Below are positions 1 through 13,130 of a DNA stretch of 43,844 nucleotides, piece by piece. Made by a program: the position numbers and the translations under genes. The DNA comes from Catajapyx aquilonaris (taxonomy: Eukaryota). Positions within the stretch are counted from its first letter, which is position 1, and the number at the start of each line of letters is the position of its first letter. Below the pieces are notes generated by a model. The model was given only the letters and a program-made list of their open reading frames with translations. It ran no database searches and was not told where the DNA came from. Location: assembly GCA_000934665.2 (NCBI GenBank), contig JYFJ02003289.1, positions 1 to 43,844 on the forward strand, written 5' to 3'.

Positions 1-867
1 TCTTCGCACCATTGATAAGAGGACACAAAACTGCGTAACATATGTTTTTTTCATAAAATTCTCATTGAGTGACTCTAGCTTCATTTCCACCTTAAGGCCA
101 AAGAAGAGGTCTTCAGACGTCATGCATGCAACAGAAATGTGTACCCACTCTTTGGGTTTTACCGTGCAATACAGCCAACCTAGAGATACTAATTAATCAT
201 TTGTATGATAAATGGATTGCATGTCTAAATGGACGAATTCCATTTGTACTTTGAAAGTGCCAGTGGAATTTCTCCATTCGAACATGCAATATAATGATTA
301 TTCAGGTGATCAATTTGTTTGTCTGGGTTGGTAAAACTGTACCAGCAATAACATAACGAATAATGGTCTTGTGGGCTGAACCAGGGATTACATACATGTA
401 GTATGTAATCCCGGGCTGAAGGAAGCATGTTGTGAAGTGAAGGAGGGTGGCATCCCTTCTGTTCTATTTAGGTGCCCTTTTGTGAATGTTAAAGATGCAC
501 TGACCCAGAGATGACACACTTGTAGGCGTAAGTGTCATGCCCTTCAATGGCCCTTGAGCCTGATCAAGTAGAGATTTAATGAAATGATCTGCATCATTAT
601 CATTTTCCTTTTATAACAATAATTACAAGCAAATGCTGAAGTTACAGCTTAAACAGTTCAAAATGGCAATACCATCCTGCTGAAAATCTTGAGATGCTGA
701 ATACAATAACACAAGAATGTTTTTTTTTCTTTTTTTGTAGACACCTATGTCAAGAATGCAGCAACCTTAATCTTTGGCACATTGTTAATTCTTGGGATAA
801 CGTCACAATTGCCTGCAGCAATGGTGTCTTGCTATTTTTCAGCTGCTTCTGAATTATAATAAAAAAC

Positions 868-873
868 TTTATT
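868..873 (-). promoter_or_regulatory. Putative polyadenylation signal (AATAAA) of the 948-3545 gene
   Basis: tttatt on the + strand, about 75 nt downstream of the predicted TAA at 948-950. Confidence 0.45.
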
Positions 874-947
874 TTTGAAGATTATTCCAGATTTCCTCAG
901 TTCAGGTTGAAATCTCAGTTGTCCATGAACATGTTGTGAGATGGCAA

Positions 948-3545
948 TTACCATAGCATCACATCCAGAGTGTTCACCTGTGCCTAGATATGGAGAGCAT
1001 ATTTTGTTACATGCTCTTAATCAGGCTATTATGCAAAGCAGACCTGATATGCATCTTGTCCATTGGCAATAGCTTCATCCAGCCAGTCTGTCGGGGATGT
1101 ACTCTTTATAAACAACTTGCGCTCATGATCATCATTAGGAACTTGCATTTTGATCCGCTTTACTGTTGTTGGTATCTTCTCACTGTACACCACCTCCTGT
1201 GCTGCTACATCGTTTATCATCACCATGTGTTTCCCTGCCTGCACACACAAGTAGGCATCATCTGAAAGCCCTGGCAATCCTTCCAACCTCTCTTCTTCCT
1301 CAGGTGACCTCAGTGGCTTCTTGGGTTGATTTATTACTTTTACTGGCACGCCAACTGCCTGGTTAAGTTCATCCCACCTTCTAGCAACACTGCCCAACTT
1401 GCTTGGTTCCTTCTGTAGTAGTGAGTCACTGGCATCTTGGCTTCTAACTTTATCAGCCAGTTCAAGGGCTGCCCTGGGTAGAGATCTTGCCTTCTCCTGG
1501 AAGAACTTGTCTAGCAATCGGAGAGCTTCCTTGTAGGCTGGTATCTCAAGCTCATAGCGGATTTGACGCTGAAGAATAGAGGCGCACTTCTCTAGCTGTT
1601 CGCAGAGTGTGCTTGTCTGTTTGACAGAGTTGATTGGGGCATTAGTTACAGGTTTAGACAAAAGACATCTGAGAATGCATTTATGGAACCTTCCCACTTT
1701 TCATTTCCATGGAGATGCCCTCTCGCAACAAAAGGCGTAAAAGCAGGGTCAACAAAAGGACACTATTTACTCATATTGTTGCATGGGGGCATCTCCATAA
1801 AAACTTTAAAAGTGGAAGGTTCTATAAGTGCATTATCAAAATATCCTTTGAGTATAAAGAAATATTTTGACCCCACGACTGACCCATAAGATAAGGAATG
1901 CCTTGCTGATTAGGTAATTCCTCTGGCATGGATGATGAAAGAGTCACTACCTATAGCAGGGTATTCCTTATCTAGCCACGTTAACAAACCATCTGCAACA
2001 CCAGTGATTCCTGGTTATCCAGCAAAAAAGGATGAAATAATAAGACAACACAAGGGCATAGTGTCACCTGTTAATTTTAATGGCGAAAGTAATCTGATGA
2101 AATCTAATGTATCCAGCCCGTAGCAGCATGCTGAAGAGATCGGTAAATACACATCTTTTAGACAGTGAGAGTATCAAACTAATAATTTTTCCAGTGCAAT
2201 TTGCAAAAAAAAACGAGTATACTGAACCGGTATACCTGTTAACCCAGCACAACTAATTAATTTACGGAACAGACTCCTGCGAGGCTCATTAGAGCGATGC
2301 AGTCAATTTATTTGCATGCATTGTTGATAGCCATGGACGCAATAAATATATTGGTCTCTCAATTTTTGAGTAATTATTGTGGTTATTGTAGTTCTCTAGC
2401 TATACAGTATGTTCTGTAATACTACGTCACTCTGAGGGGACATTTGAACGTCCACCTGACCTGTTTTACACCCCGTTTGATACATGAGAGCATTGACAAA
2501 TGAGCAATGAAGTAACGTGCCTCTGTGGCCATGACTTTGTAGTACATGTGTCCAGGCTGCTGTGTTCCATAAGACTCGATCCAGTTTTGCACCTGGAGGA
2601 TGTGTGACAGCATCTCCTTGACCGTGGCAGCCACCGTCCGCTCTGAAGAATAGAGCACACCATTAAACAAGGTAAGAGTTTGACCAAATGGAAACCCGCA
2701 CTTGGCATGGTGATGCTCATTGGCAACTGTTTCTTGCTGGCGGCCACCACGCTCAGCATGGTGCTGGTCTTCTTCTTCGAGCACATCTTCTTGATGTCTT
2801 CGATTTCCCGGCGGTGCTCCTTGCTCATGTGAGCTATCTTTTCCAGCAGCTTGAGCTATTTTGCGGAATAAGAACAATCTAACCGCATTCTAATTGGTAA
2901 CCAACATACGGTCCCACGAACTTCAGTATACCTTATCGGTGTATCGTGTTTGTAGCCTGTCCCTGACCTCTTCCATGACCTGAACGCGAGCAGCCACCGC
3001 GTTCTGGCAGGTCACTTCCTTTCGCAGGGTGTTCAACTGCAGGCACGCAATTTGCAGTGTAATGAACTGACATTTCGAAGTAAAGAGAGTGGACTTACAG
3101 CAACACTGGCCGCCTGCAAGACCGGCGAGACATTGGACATGTTTCCGGACCGGGCTTCACCACGAACGGAACCTGACCACGAACCTGACAAAGACATAAT
3201 TCGAACCCAGCACTTTATGACCTGTCACGCCAAAGTGTCACACCATCAACAAAGTGGTAAACTATGGCAACGGGCCCGTCGCCATGGAAGTCATAATAAT
3301 GTAGGAATGGCTCGTTCCATTCGAATGTTTTTCTGTCCTCACCCCCCACCGGTTGCCACTGGCAACGGAGTGCTGATAATAATGCCATACACTGTGCTCC
3401 TATTGAAGATACGAGCTGAACGAAAGTGCGGCCTGGCGTGATGGATGCAACAGGGAATAATACGATATAATGCACATGCTCCGTACATACCGTTGGGGAT
3501 GGGAGGGATGAGGTTCGGGTTGCCAAGGAGGGTCCCGCCGGCCAT
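948..3545 (-). CDS. Unrecognised intron-dense protein-coding gene, about 439 aa. Exons 3545-3491, 3432-3244, 3184-3099, 3036-2932, 2855-2702, 2642-2521, 1616-1044, 983-948
   Basis: Manual splicing gives one open frame of 1320 nt: MAGGTLLGNPNLIPPIPNG|RTFVQL...WQPVGGEDRKTFEWNEPFLHYYDFHGDGPVAIVYHFVDG|SWSGSVRG...AASVA|LNTLRKEV...RYTDK|LKLLEKIAHMSKEHRREIEDIKK...MPK|RTVAATVKEMLSHILQVQNWIE...MATE|TSTLCEQLEKCASILQRQIRYELE...QDAYQ|AQVNTLDVMLW*. Introns are 58, 59, 62, 76, 59, ~904 and 60 nt, all ending in AG with matching phases. The long intron uses a GC donor at 2520 or a GT donor at 2460. The model joins pieces of ORFs 3339..3554, 3215..3526, 2466..2828, 2422..2877 and 1029..1697. Confidence 0.75.
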
Positions 3546-4379
3546 GCAATTCAATCAGTTCGCTTCCAAATGAGATCAGTCGGCTTACAATGAACTGGGG
3601 CAGATGATTTTTGTGACTGACGAGCCGTATTTTCAGTGCAGAATTTTTGTTATTAGCGGCAATATTGACGGCAAATTGGAGTTTGAGACAGTGTGGAATA
3701 ATAGTCGAACCGTAACGACACTGCACAAATGCAATGCTTTATATTAAAAAGTGATGCCATCCGTATTGGAATCAAATCACTGTTGAGCCTGGAGAGGTGG
3801 AAGAATATGGAGAATAGTTTTACAGTTCGGGATGGCTCTCTTTTCATGTGGTGATAGCAGTGCAATGGTTACAAAGGGACGCACTGTACAGTACATCAGA
3901 TTCAATATCAGCGAATGCAAGTCTGCATATGAGACACCAATGCACTGCACTCTGTGATGTTGGCAGTGGACAGTCTCATTATTGCATTGAACGGATAAAT
4001 AGTCTCATTTGGAAGGTATTGGCACATTTTCATATAATGAGCAAGTTAATATAAAATAAGTCAATATTCAAAGCTCGATTTCTGACGTTACAACATTTCA
4101 TAACATGCATTCTCTGCAGGGCCGGAATTAATAAATATTGACAACCCGCATTCCAGTGCACTCACTTAGTTACGCGTGATTGAAAATTTGCTGGGAAATT
4201 AAACTCGGAAAAAACACCACATGTTGGCAAAGTATAGTGCAGACAAGCTGGTGGGGACATTACCATATATTCTTGGCTGAAATGACCGGACGAAATAGAA
4301 TTTGCGGGTGAAAGTATTATGGATATTGTCACTGCGACCAGCACCACCAGCAGGATGACACGCTCCTGATGGAACTAAG

Positions 4380-4620
4380 CAATCCTCACTGGGACCAAAA
4401 CCCAAAATTTAGTGTGACTGCTGAGCTGCAGAAGCTGGCAGAAAGTCAAAAAAAAGGCCTGAGTTTCGATCGGACTGATGAGGGAGCTTGTGGACTCGGA
4501 TTTGGAGCTGGGTGGATCCTCCACCGCAATGGATTTGCGGGTACAAACCTCCGTTGCCACTTCGCATCATTAATCTATCTATCGAGCGGCGACACAACCC
4601 CAAATTTACAATGGGGGCGA
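4380..4620 (-). mobile_element. Decayed repeat, probably LINE RNase H N-terminal part
   Basis: Homologous to 31370-31520 (SGNGGLYPQIH versus SGDGGLCPQIH; TTCGATCGG; AATGGATTTG). Weak resemblance to IYTDGS...KLP...S...AE..A. Confidence 0.4.
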
Positions 4621-6419
4621 ACAGGCCCAATACACTTTGACCTGGCGTTTCGGTTTGGGAAACAATGTCGTCTATTTACCTGGCCTGCTGGAAGCGGCTT
4701 TGGGCAGCAGCGTGCCATTGGATTCATGGTGCAAAGCTACTGGGAAATTTAAATGACGTCGTTTTGCCCTTCGGGTTCCTATAATGGTGCGCTGGTGCAG
4801 TTTCGTGGAACTTGTAGGCTGCTGTATTTCGCACGAAGAAGTTAGTTGTGTTAATGACTAAAACGCCCCGGGTCAGCAATAATACTGGACTTAGCCGCGT
4901 TTATACACATGTGTTGAAGCAAGACTATGAAGTGTTTGCGACTCTCTCTGCCTCCTATTTCGTTTGTGAGAACAGTTAGGTTCAGACTGGCTCTGTAATT
5001 TAAGTCTGGTGATTTTTTGGCAAGTACAAGATACACAATCACAAAATCAATTTGTGTTCTTGGGTTAGTACCATTTTATAGAGGACAAACAAAAGCATAA
5101 TGGTCGCAAGACAACAATAGACGTCATCCTCCAATGAGGAAACAATAAAATTCAGGGACCAATCCTGATTGAATGGAGGATGTCTACCCACTGACATTTT
5201 TCATCCATTCTTTTCCTACATTTCCTACACACTAGCAACAACCGTAGCAAATACCATTTTTAATTATGATCTACTTGAAGATACATTATTGTATAGTATC
5301 TTATTGTATAGTATCTTCATAAACAGCAAAAGAATTTAGCTTAGTCATTAATTTCTACTTACGTTGCTATGAATTAAGACTAGTTTTGAGTAACTCTACT
5401 GTATATCATTACCATCATTAAAGCGGCAGACTTTATATGAAAGGCCTGCTCGAGTTAAACTCACTCACAAAGAAGTCAATTACACTGAAATTTCCGAGGT
5501 TTCGAAAAAAAAAACTGCTTCTAACGAAGCTATTTGGTATATTTAAAGCATGATCGATATCTTTTTATGTCTTTGGCTCCATGGGAGTTCTTACGTCTTA
5601 TTCGCATGAGTCGAACAAGTTTTCATTACGTGTTATAATTATACCCCTCATTACGAAAGGATGAAATATTTCTTTGCAAAGCATGAGATTACTGCAAAAA
5701 CTTTGTAAAGCATTCAAATAGGGTAAGCTGCTATTTGAGAGCATTGAAAGAACCTAATCTTTTGGTCGGTTTATTTTCTGTCAGCTTTTGGTAGAGTTTT
5801 AATCATCCAGTCGGAATAGAAGGTAAATGTGCACTAAAATTGGGATGCATGTCTCATAGGATGACAAAAGCACCAACTGTATTTGTCACATTTCCTCTTC
5901 TGCCACTTCTTTCACATTGAAGTATTTGCATTGCATCTTTTAATTGTGTTCTACTTTCAGTTATTAAATTCCTACAACTCCGTTATCTAACAATAAGCCA
6001 GCCGACTGCATAAATGTCCAGAGTGAGCTATTCGTTCCCATTTGAGCTAACGCACGCATTGTCCGGAGAGAGAAAAATATAGGTCACATCTGTTCCCGCG
6101 ATCAAATTAATCCACTGCACATTATCATATCAAATTCCTGACTGTGGACATCAAAACTCGGACCCTCATTAAACTATTAACCACATTTCCCCGCAGCGCC
6201 GCAGATAGGCGTGACCGAACAGCCGAGCTGGAATTACTCGCAAATTTTTTTGGAAGTGTACAGTGACATTATAATCGCATACCCGTAAGCTTGATGAATA
6301 ACACCTATAGCTCTATACTGCTGAAGTTACATACCATGAGAGTGGTCGATAATCTCGGCCTTCTGCAGTTGATGACAACTTTGAGTGATGTAATTGCAAT
6401 GTTTATGTGCAACAGTACG

Positions 6420-7050
6420 AATATCAAAGTGGAATAGTGTCAACCATGTAATTAATCGTTGGGTAATTTCTGCATTATTCAAGAGCCACAAAATAATATT
6501 TTGGCGTCCTTCAAGTTGTGGATTCTGTTATGTCATCATAAGGTGCCCGCAAACAAACCGAATTAAACACCATAAACTGCATTACTCGTTTGTAACGCAA
6601 GCTCGTCTCACGACAATGTTCGGGGTAAAATTCATTACTGACGCGATTAAGCTAGGATAACCAGACGCCCCCGGTTTTGTCACTATATATCCTCTTTGTA
6701 AGCCTCCAATTTGCGTCCGGACGGATTTTCCGGTTGCTATAAAGAAAAATTACAGTGGATTTTAGAGACACGGACAGGAGGATATCTGTATTGAAAAACA
6801 ATACTCTGCAGGAATATCAAGCATGTATTGATCACCGTATATCGACAGGAATGTCATTATTATTTAGCCATAAATGAAATGCATTATCAGCCAAGAATCA
6901 GTGCGTCCAATATCCCAGAAGGAAAGCCAATGTAATCTCAATTCTTGTCCTAGATACAACATCAATATCTCTCAACTCCGACCTACCTTGACAGCTGCAT
7001 AACCTTTAACCGATGACCTAATTCCTATTCCGTTTGTGGCCTAGAAGTGG
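6420..7050 (-). mobile_element. Possible decayed LINE 3' end (RNase H C-terminus and zinc knuckle)
   Basis: Minus-strand ELRLHWLS...DNA.. recalls L.WIPSH.GI.GNE.AD; FVCGHL follows downstream. Very degenerate. Confidence 0.25.
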
Positions 7051-9399
7051 TCTTCATAGAGCATGTTCTAGTGACGTCAAGGAATCTAAGGATTGGTGGG
7101 CTGGTTAGGAAGGTTATGGGGGACACTTTTAATCATGCCTTCTCCTCAGCAGACTGAGCCATATCGAGTGGCATAAATGAACCGTCTCTTTCTCCAAGAG
7201 GGTGTAATGATCAACTTCTTCCACCTCATTCGCCTCCTTTTATGAAAAACGACCCTAGCTTTACTCACAAATTACGTTGTTTTCGCTGCTTGAAAACGAA
7301 AACGAGCTCAAGCGGATATTGGGAAAACATGGAAGAAATTGAATCATTTAGTATTATTGCAGAGCCTCGTGATTGTTTAGAGTGTAGGTCGAAGTTTTGC
7401 ACCGTTCCGCTTTAATGAAAGGTGCACATTAGTTGATTAATTTACAGTATATTATTTAAGGCCAATCAGGTAGTAGCGGATGGTAGATAGTCCAAAATGA
7501 AAATATTATTGTAGCTTTTATCATAACGAAGTAACTAATTCGAAATGATCTCGCAGCAAGGAACAGTTTATGAATATTAAAGCGTATTATTTTTCTAATT
7601 GCATATGCAAATTGTGATGGAAATTAAGATGGGGGTTCTAATAATTCGGCCATAAGGACCATAAATCAGTTCCTTTAAAATGTAACGACAATATGATCAC
7701 TTCCTTATACTGATAATGAGCAATTAAATGAAGTGGACCCGCTTTGGAAGGTCTTTTATTACTCCGTCAGCTGGGTTTTGCTCCCTAAAGGTGCTGCCTC
7801 TCTCCGTAACAAAGGAAAGCAACAAAAACGGCTTCATCATTGCTGTGATTTTGACTCCCAAATTTGTAACACAAATACTCCTGCTTACAATCTTCAACGC
7901 AAATGAGAAACCTCGCGCAATTATTTCGCAGTGTAATAACAGGATTTGGTTTTAAATGTTAGCTGAAGCTGATGCCAACAAGCACCAAGTGCATAATGGT
8001 GTAATATGAGGATAATGCCTGTATGTGGTTGGAGAGTATAATCTGTGCACCTTTTGGTATCATATCCAGACAGCAAAGTTCAGAAAAATTTCATCCATGT
8101 ATACGCTGAACTATGTTACTATACTCGCCAGACCTTAATGATGAAAACAGCACTTAAAAAGTGGAAAAAAAGCAATGTGTATAACATAGTTCCTCTATAC
8201 CAAACCCAGCCATCAAGAGCACCTCCTTGAATCGAGAGCCCCGCGTTTATAAAGGAAAATAGCATTACGTCCCACCCTCTTATCTCCCTCCGTCACTGAA
8301 AAGTAAGGTTGTGCCATTTCTTAGCAAATGTATTATGGATGAATATGACACAACCCAGAAGAGTGTTTTGCTGCCTCAAAGGGCGATGGAAAAAAAGTTG
8401 TGAGAAGAATATTTATTAGCCTGAAAAATGGGGCGGATAAATGTGAAAGGTTTAAAATAGCGAAGAATATGTGACGATTTGAAAAAGTTGCTGGCATTTT
8501 CTTATGTGTCACATGCCGCAGCTACGCACGTTTTTTTGTTTTTTTTTGCGCGAGATATCTGAATGGTTACCCGCTATAGCAGCTTCGTCCATTATGGCGT
8601 TTAGAACATAAAACTTTTTCAAAAGGCTTTGCGATGGGCATAGTAGCTTTCAGTATTCCCGCATTTGGCTAATATGCGATGCACAAATGTATGAAGTACA
8701 TAGAGCCAGGATAATCTGCATTTGGAAGTAATGAGGTTTTTGTATGCAGACCCTTTCAACGCTAAAACTCCATACTGCATTATGTTCCCCTATTAAACTA
8801 CAGCATACGCTGTGATAGAATTGTTACTGCTATCCTAATTCGCTATGGCATCACAGTAGCAACATTAGAATGTTACATGCTTAATATATGTAATGGATAA
8901 ATGGAATTTTGCCTTATGACTGCCTCCATCCAAATTCATTAAATTCAAACCAGGATTTCAGACTATAACAAGAGATGGAGAGCTGACTACTGAAAAGGTA
9001 AGTAACAATAGGGCATCCTGTTCCTTTTGTGCTCTATCTCTTCTCATTACCTGCCATGATGATATTCTCGGAGGCATTTGCATCGTTTTCCATTTCGTGA
9101 AAGGTGTGCTGGAGTGGAATGTGACCCGCTGTAATTTGCCTTTGTGGGCTACTGCAGTTTTTGTACACTTCTCTTTGTTTCATTAAAATGTAATTTGTCC
9201 GAGACTATAATACACTCGATGATAATTAACTAGTATTTTAATTAGTAATCTAAAAGTTACACGCGAAGTTATTTATTCATTAGTGCTTTAAATTTGCGTA
9301 TGTCATACCTTTGGAAGAAAGTTGAGCTGTTTGTATAATGTAATGAAGAACACTACATATTTGCTGAGAGTGACTATATAGACGACTCAATTTTTCACG

Positions 9400-9700
9400 C
9401 AATTTTTCTTCGGGTATTTTGACCAATTGGGCCCTAAAATCGCATACAAATCGCTTATTGACTATAGGCCTATTTAAAGGATTAAAGTTGTCCTTAAACA
9501 CTCTAGACATCAGGTATTTTTTGTGAATTCGATTCCAATTCTCTTCTTCTCCGTTTTTAGCCATTTCATTTTCCAAGCACACATTTCTCCAAAGCCTTGT
9601 CTCATTTAGGGTAAATGGGGTGAAAAGGCTCTGGAGGTTATGGAGTCGTTCCAAGTGATTTATTCATCGGACTTGAATGTCTACGGGTGCTGATCCCAAA
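9400..9700 (+). mobile_element. Decayed LINE RT-domain fragment
   Basis: Clear DNA homology with about 42150-42250 in inverted orientation (TTTTCACCCCATT...AAATGAGA...TTGGAGAAATGTGTGC.TGG.AAATGAA.TGGC). SKHTFLQSLVSFRVNG resembles RT WRHGIL..L.S.G..G. Confidence 0.45.
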
Positions 9701-12599
9701 TAAATTGCACCAGTGCATATTGCGGTCTTGGCGGGGTGCGGGAAAAGCCATTTATTAAAATTTCATTAATTTTGCTGACAAAGGTAGTGCAACTTTTAAA
9801 GCGTGGTGTAAATTTTCAATGATTTTGCATCAGGAACGCGACAGAAGGTATTCTACAGTAATATGTGCAGCTGCATGGGGTATTTGTGCTCATGAAATGA
9901 ATTTCTGTTTGAGTACTTCAACTTGAACGCTATTCGCTTTTGATTGATGTGATTGTGACAAGCAATGGACTCTGTTAAAATCAGTCTAAAATTAATCACC
10001 ATGCTTCTGTGACAAGGTGACAAATGGGTGATTGCGATGTGCAATTTGCAAGGGTCAAAAATCAGTGCCTTCGGGGAATTCGTATGCAAGTGAAGCACAA
10101 TGATGATTGTCTAATGTAATTATTTTTCATCTGCATCACGGCTTGTTCCCATAACTGAACCACGTAAGAACAGCAAGACAAAGCAATGACCGTAAGGAAG
10201 GATGGGAAAGTGGACACCAATGCGATATTTTGCGCTTAAAAGTAAAGCAAATTATGTTGATTTTCACAAAAATTATTTTACTCTGAAGCCATGTAGCAGC
10301 TGTTGTATACTGTATAATTACTCGATGAAGATTAATATTGGCTCTATATTTAGCGGAAAATATTGATGGATTTTAGTGTATACTAGAGGTCAACACCACC
10401 AATCCCACCACTTCAAACTGCATCATGACTCTACCAGAATAATCGATGCGTGAGTAAAACTTGATGCTGGTGGTTTTTGTCCTCTCAAAACGCTATGGTG
10501 TTTTATCAGAAAATTTTCCGAGGGCATCGGAGACGCCAACGATCAATAGCATACTCGTACTTTACTAGGGTATTGTAGCCTATTTGGTATCAAGAGTGAG
10601 AGATTCTCAAAATGCTTGTCAAAATGTTATTACGTTCTTAAAATTAGCTTATATAGTGAATGTTTATTAATCAATATCTTAGACAGTATTTGATCTTCTG
10701 GTCCTTTTATGGCCCAGCATGCCATTATTATGAGAGACCTACCTTCATAATGGGTAGCATTCACCCTCTGGAATTGTATAACATGCAAAGGTTTGAATCA
10801 AGAGCGCAAATTAAGCTTTTGATCAACTGTTTCACAGCAGGTCGTGTTTATAACACAGTTCTGAGCACAGGAAATCAGATGAAAACATCTCGACCACTCT
10901 TTACAATTTGGTAATTAGCTGAACAACTTTGATGCGCTAATTAGTGAGTGATGAGCAAACACTAGTGAATGATTTGAACAAAATTAATAATGAATGAGCT
11001 CTAATGTATAAATATACGGCTTCATTTCTCAATTATCAATATTGTAAATGCTTGTTTCCATTTCATTTCGGTTTTTGTCACGAATTTAGGCCTACATGGT
11101 GTTTTAATAATTGTACGATATTCCTTGCTAGCCTAATTTTGTCAGGCAACATGCCTGTGTCCAAATTGTCACCTCGATATTTTTGCAGTTTAGAACAATA
11201 AGATAAAATATGTAAAATTATTTCGACATCGAAATATATGCCATCAGTTGAGTGATAAGCGTACGTGTATCACTGTGAGATTTTCCATCGATACTCAATC
11301 GGCGATATGTGCTCGTGATTGCGCAGGCATGCAGATCATATTTCATTTGCGATATGTTCCGCCTGCAATAATTCATTACTCTTCAAACCAAACACCGTAG
11401 TAATTAATTATGCACATTGTGTATGAGATAGCAATTTGAATATATAATTACGAGTGATTTTCTCCGATACACTGTCATGTACCAGTAATGTTAGTAATGT
11501 TGTTTTTCGTGTGCTAAAGGGTTCAATGTGTTTTTCAGTTGATGTTCTTTTTTACATTTGGATTCCGATCAATATGGTCATCTGCATGTAGGCGATATTC
11601 TTTGTTGACATTGAAGCAGCTATACCGCTATTCTTCTCTCTCTCCCCTTCTGATTAGTTACATTTGGACACACCCTTTGTAAAGAAAATGAATTCCATGG
11701 CCCTGGTGCCTCGGGTAGGTGCAGAGCTAATGATCTCAATTCTCAAGCGAAAAATGAAATAAGGCCCTCTTTTCCGGCGACACGGTGACATTATTTCCAC
11801 TGGCTGCATGCTTGTCAAAATTCACTGCAAACTCCTGGTGTGTGCTTCTCTTCCTAACCTCGGGCAGTCATTTACTTGCTTCTTTTGTGCAGTACAAACC
11901 TACGGGTGTTTTTGTCACTTTTATTAGAGCATTCATTTAATGTTTCGCGATGGTCATAGTATAGAGTTGTGAGGATTAGGCTCACCATGTTCATATTTAT
12001 GAGAGCCACCAGTATAAATAAAAGCTAAAATAATCTGAAAATGAGGATGAATTCTTAATCAACATGAAAATAGCAAATCCTCATTCAGGTCGTTTAGAAT
12101 CCAAGTCGATATGCAAATTACTTGATAAATACTCCAACGACGCCATGCAGGCTTCGGGCTGAGCTCGGCTGCATGGCCTCATATTCAGATAGCCTTGCAA
12201 TAAGATTAGCACGCTTCATTTTATTGCTGAATTACCATTTTGTGTCAGTGTCCAATCCACAAAACGGATGCAGCCCTTTCACTGCCCTGCATAGTAATTA
12301 GCTTTCGGCATTGCGAAAAGACAGCAATAATTATGTTGATAGGGTAGTTTAGGCTCAGCCTGTGCTCTACGTTTGGTCTGTACTGTACTTTGTAATAGAG
12401 TTATTATACAGAAGGTTGGTACCCATTAGGGAGTGCATGCTGGGATTCAAGTTCTATGGACTCTGATTGCGTAGGTTCAGAAATATTTACTGTTGAACCG
12501 TGTACAGGGTAACATTTAGCAATATAACAACTTCAATTTTGTGACGATAAAAAGTTGAGATATCCCCGTGCAAACAACTGCAAAAAATATATATCTAAA

Positions 12600-13130
12600 A
12601 ATACGTTGTCCTAATGGGAAAAGTTGGACACAGTACGAATTAATCCCGTCTCCTGGCATTGGTAGAAAAACTTCTTTTACCTCCCAAAGGAATCTGTCGA
12701 ACTTTTGGCAAAAACCGTGAAATAGCATCCGAAAGAAAAGCCAGAGAGAAATCCACCATATTTGCTCTGTGTCCCACAAATAGATTCCGTGTCAACACCG
12801 CAGCTAGCTCCCAAGGAAGCCCGCAGAATAAATCTGGTGCCACTGGAATTTGGGAAGTTCCACAATCACTTCAAAGTTCTTTCTTCCCAGAAGCAAAGGG
12901 AGAAAAAAAAGTACTTCAGTCAACTCTCTTGAGGATTTACAAACGCTGAGTGGCATCTCTGAAACAGTCACTTTGTAACTTTTGATTGCCTTACTTTGAC
13001 TTTGAAATGTAAGCCGCCGCTCTTTCCTAAACAACCCCCACCAAGCATCCGGATTGCCTAAGGGCTGTTGCTTCAACTTGTCAATAAAGAGACATTGCTT
13101 GTATGTTACACTAATGTTCTTGTTCACGTG
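12600..13130 (+). mobile_element. Decayed non-LTR retrotransposon (I/Nimb-like) ORF2 fragment, post-RT region
   Basis: Frameshifted remnants QSTLLRIYKR and HQ/IRIA*G resemble I-clade TLLRLY...HQGIRLATGAFRTS. DNA is homologous to 35360-35560 on the opposite strand (shared TAGATTCCGTGTCAACAC and TTCTTCCCAGAAGC). Confidence 0.55.

Noticed and set aside
5286..5315. 15-bp tandem duplication TTATTGTATAGTATC x2
   Set aside because: Only two units; ordinary slippage or repair duplication.
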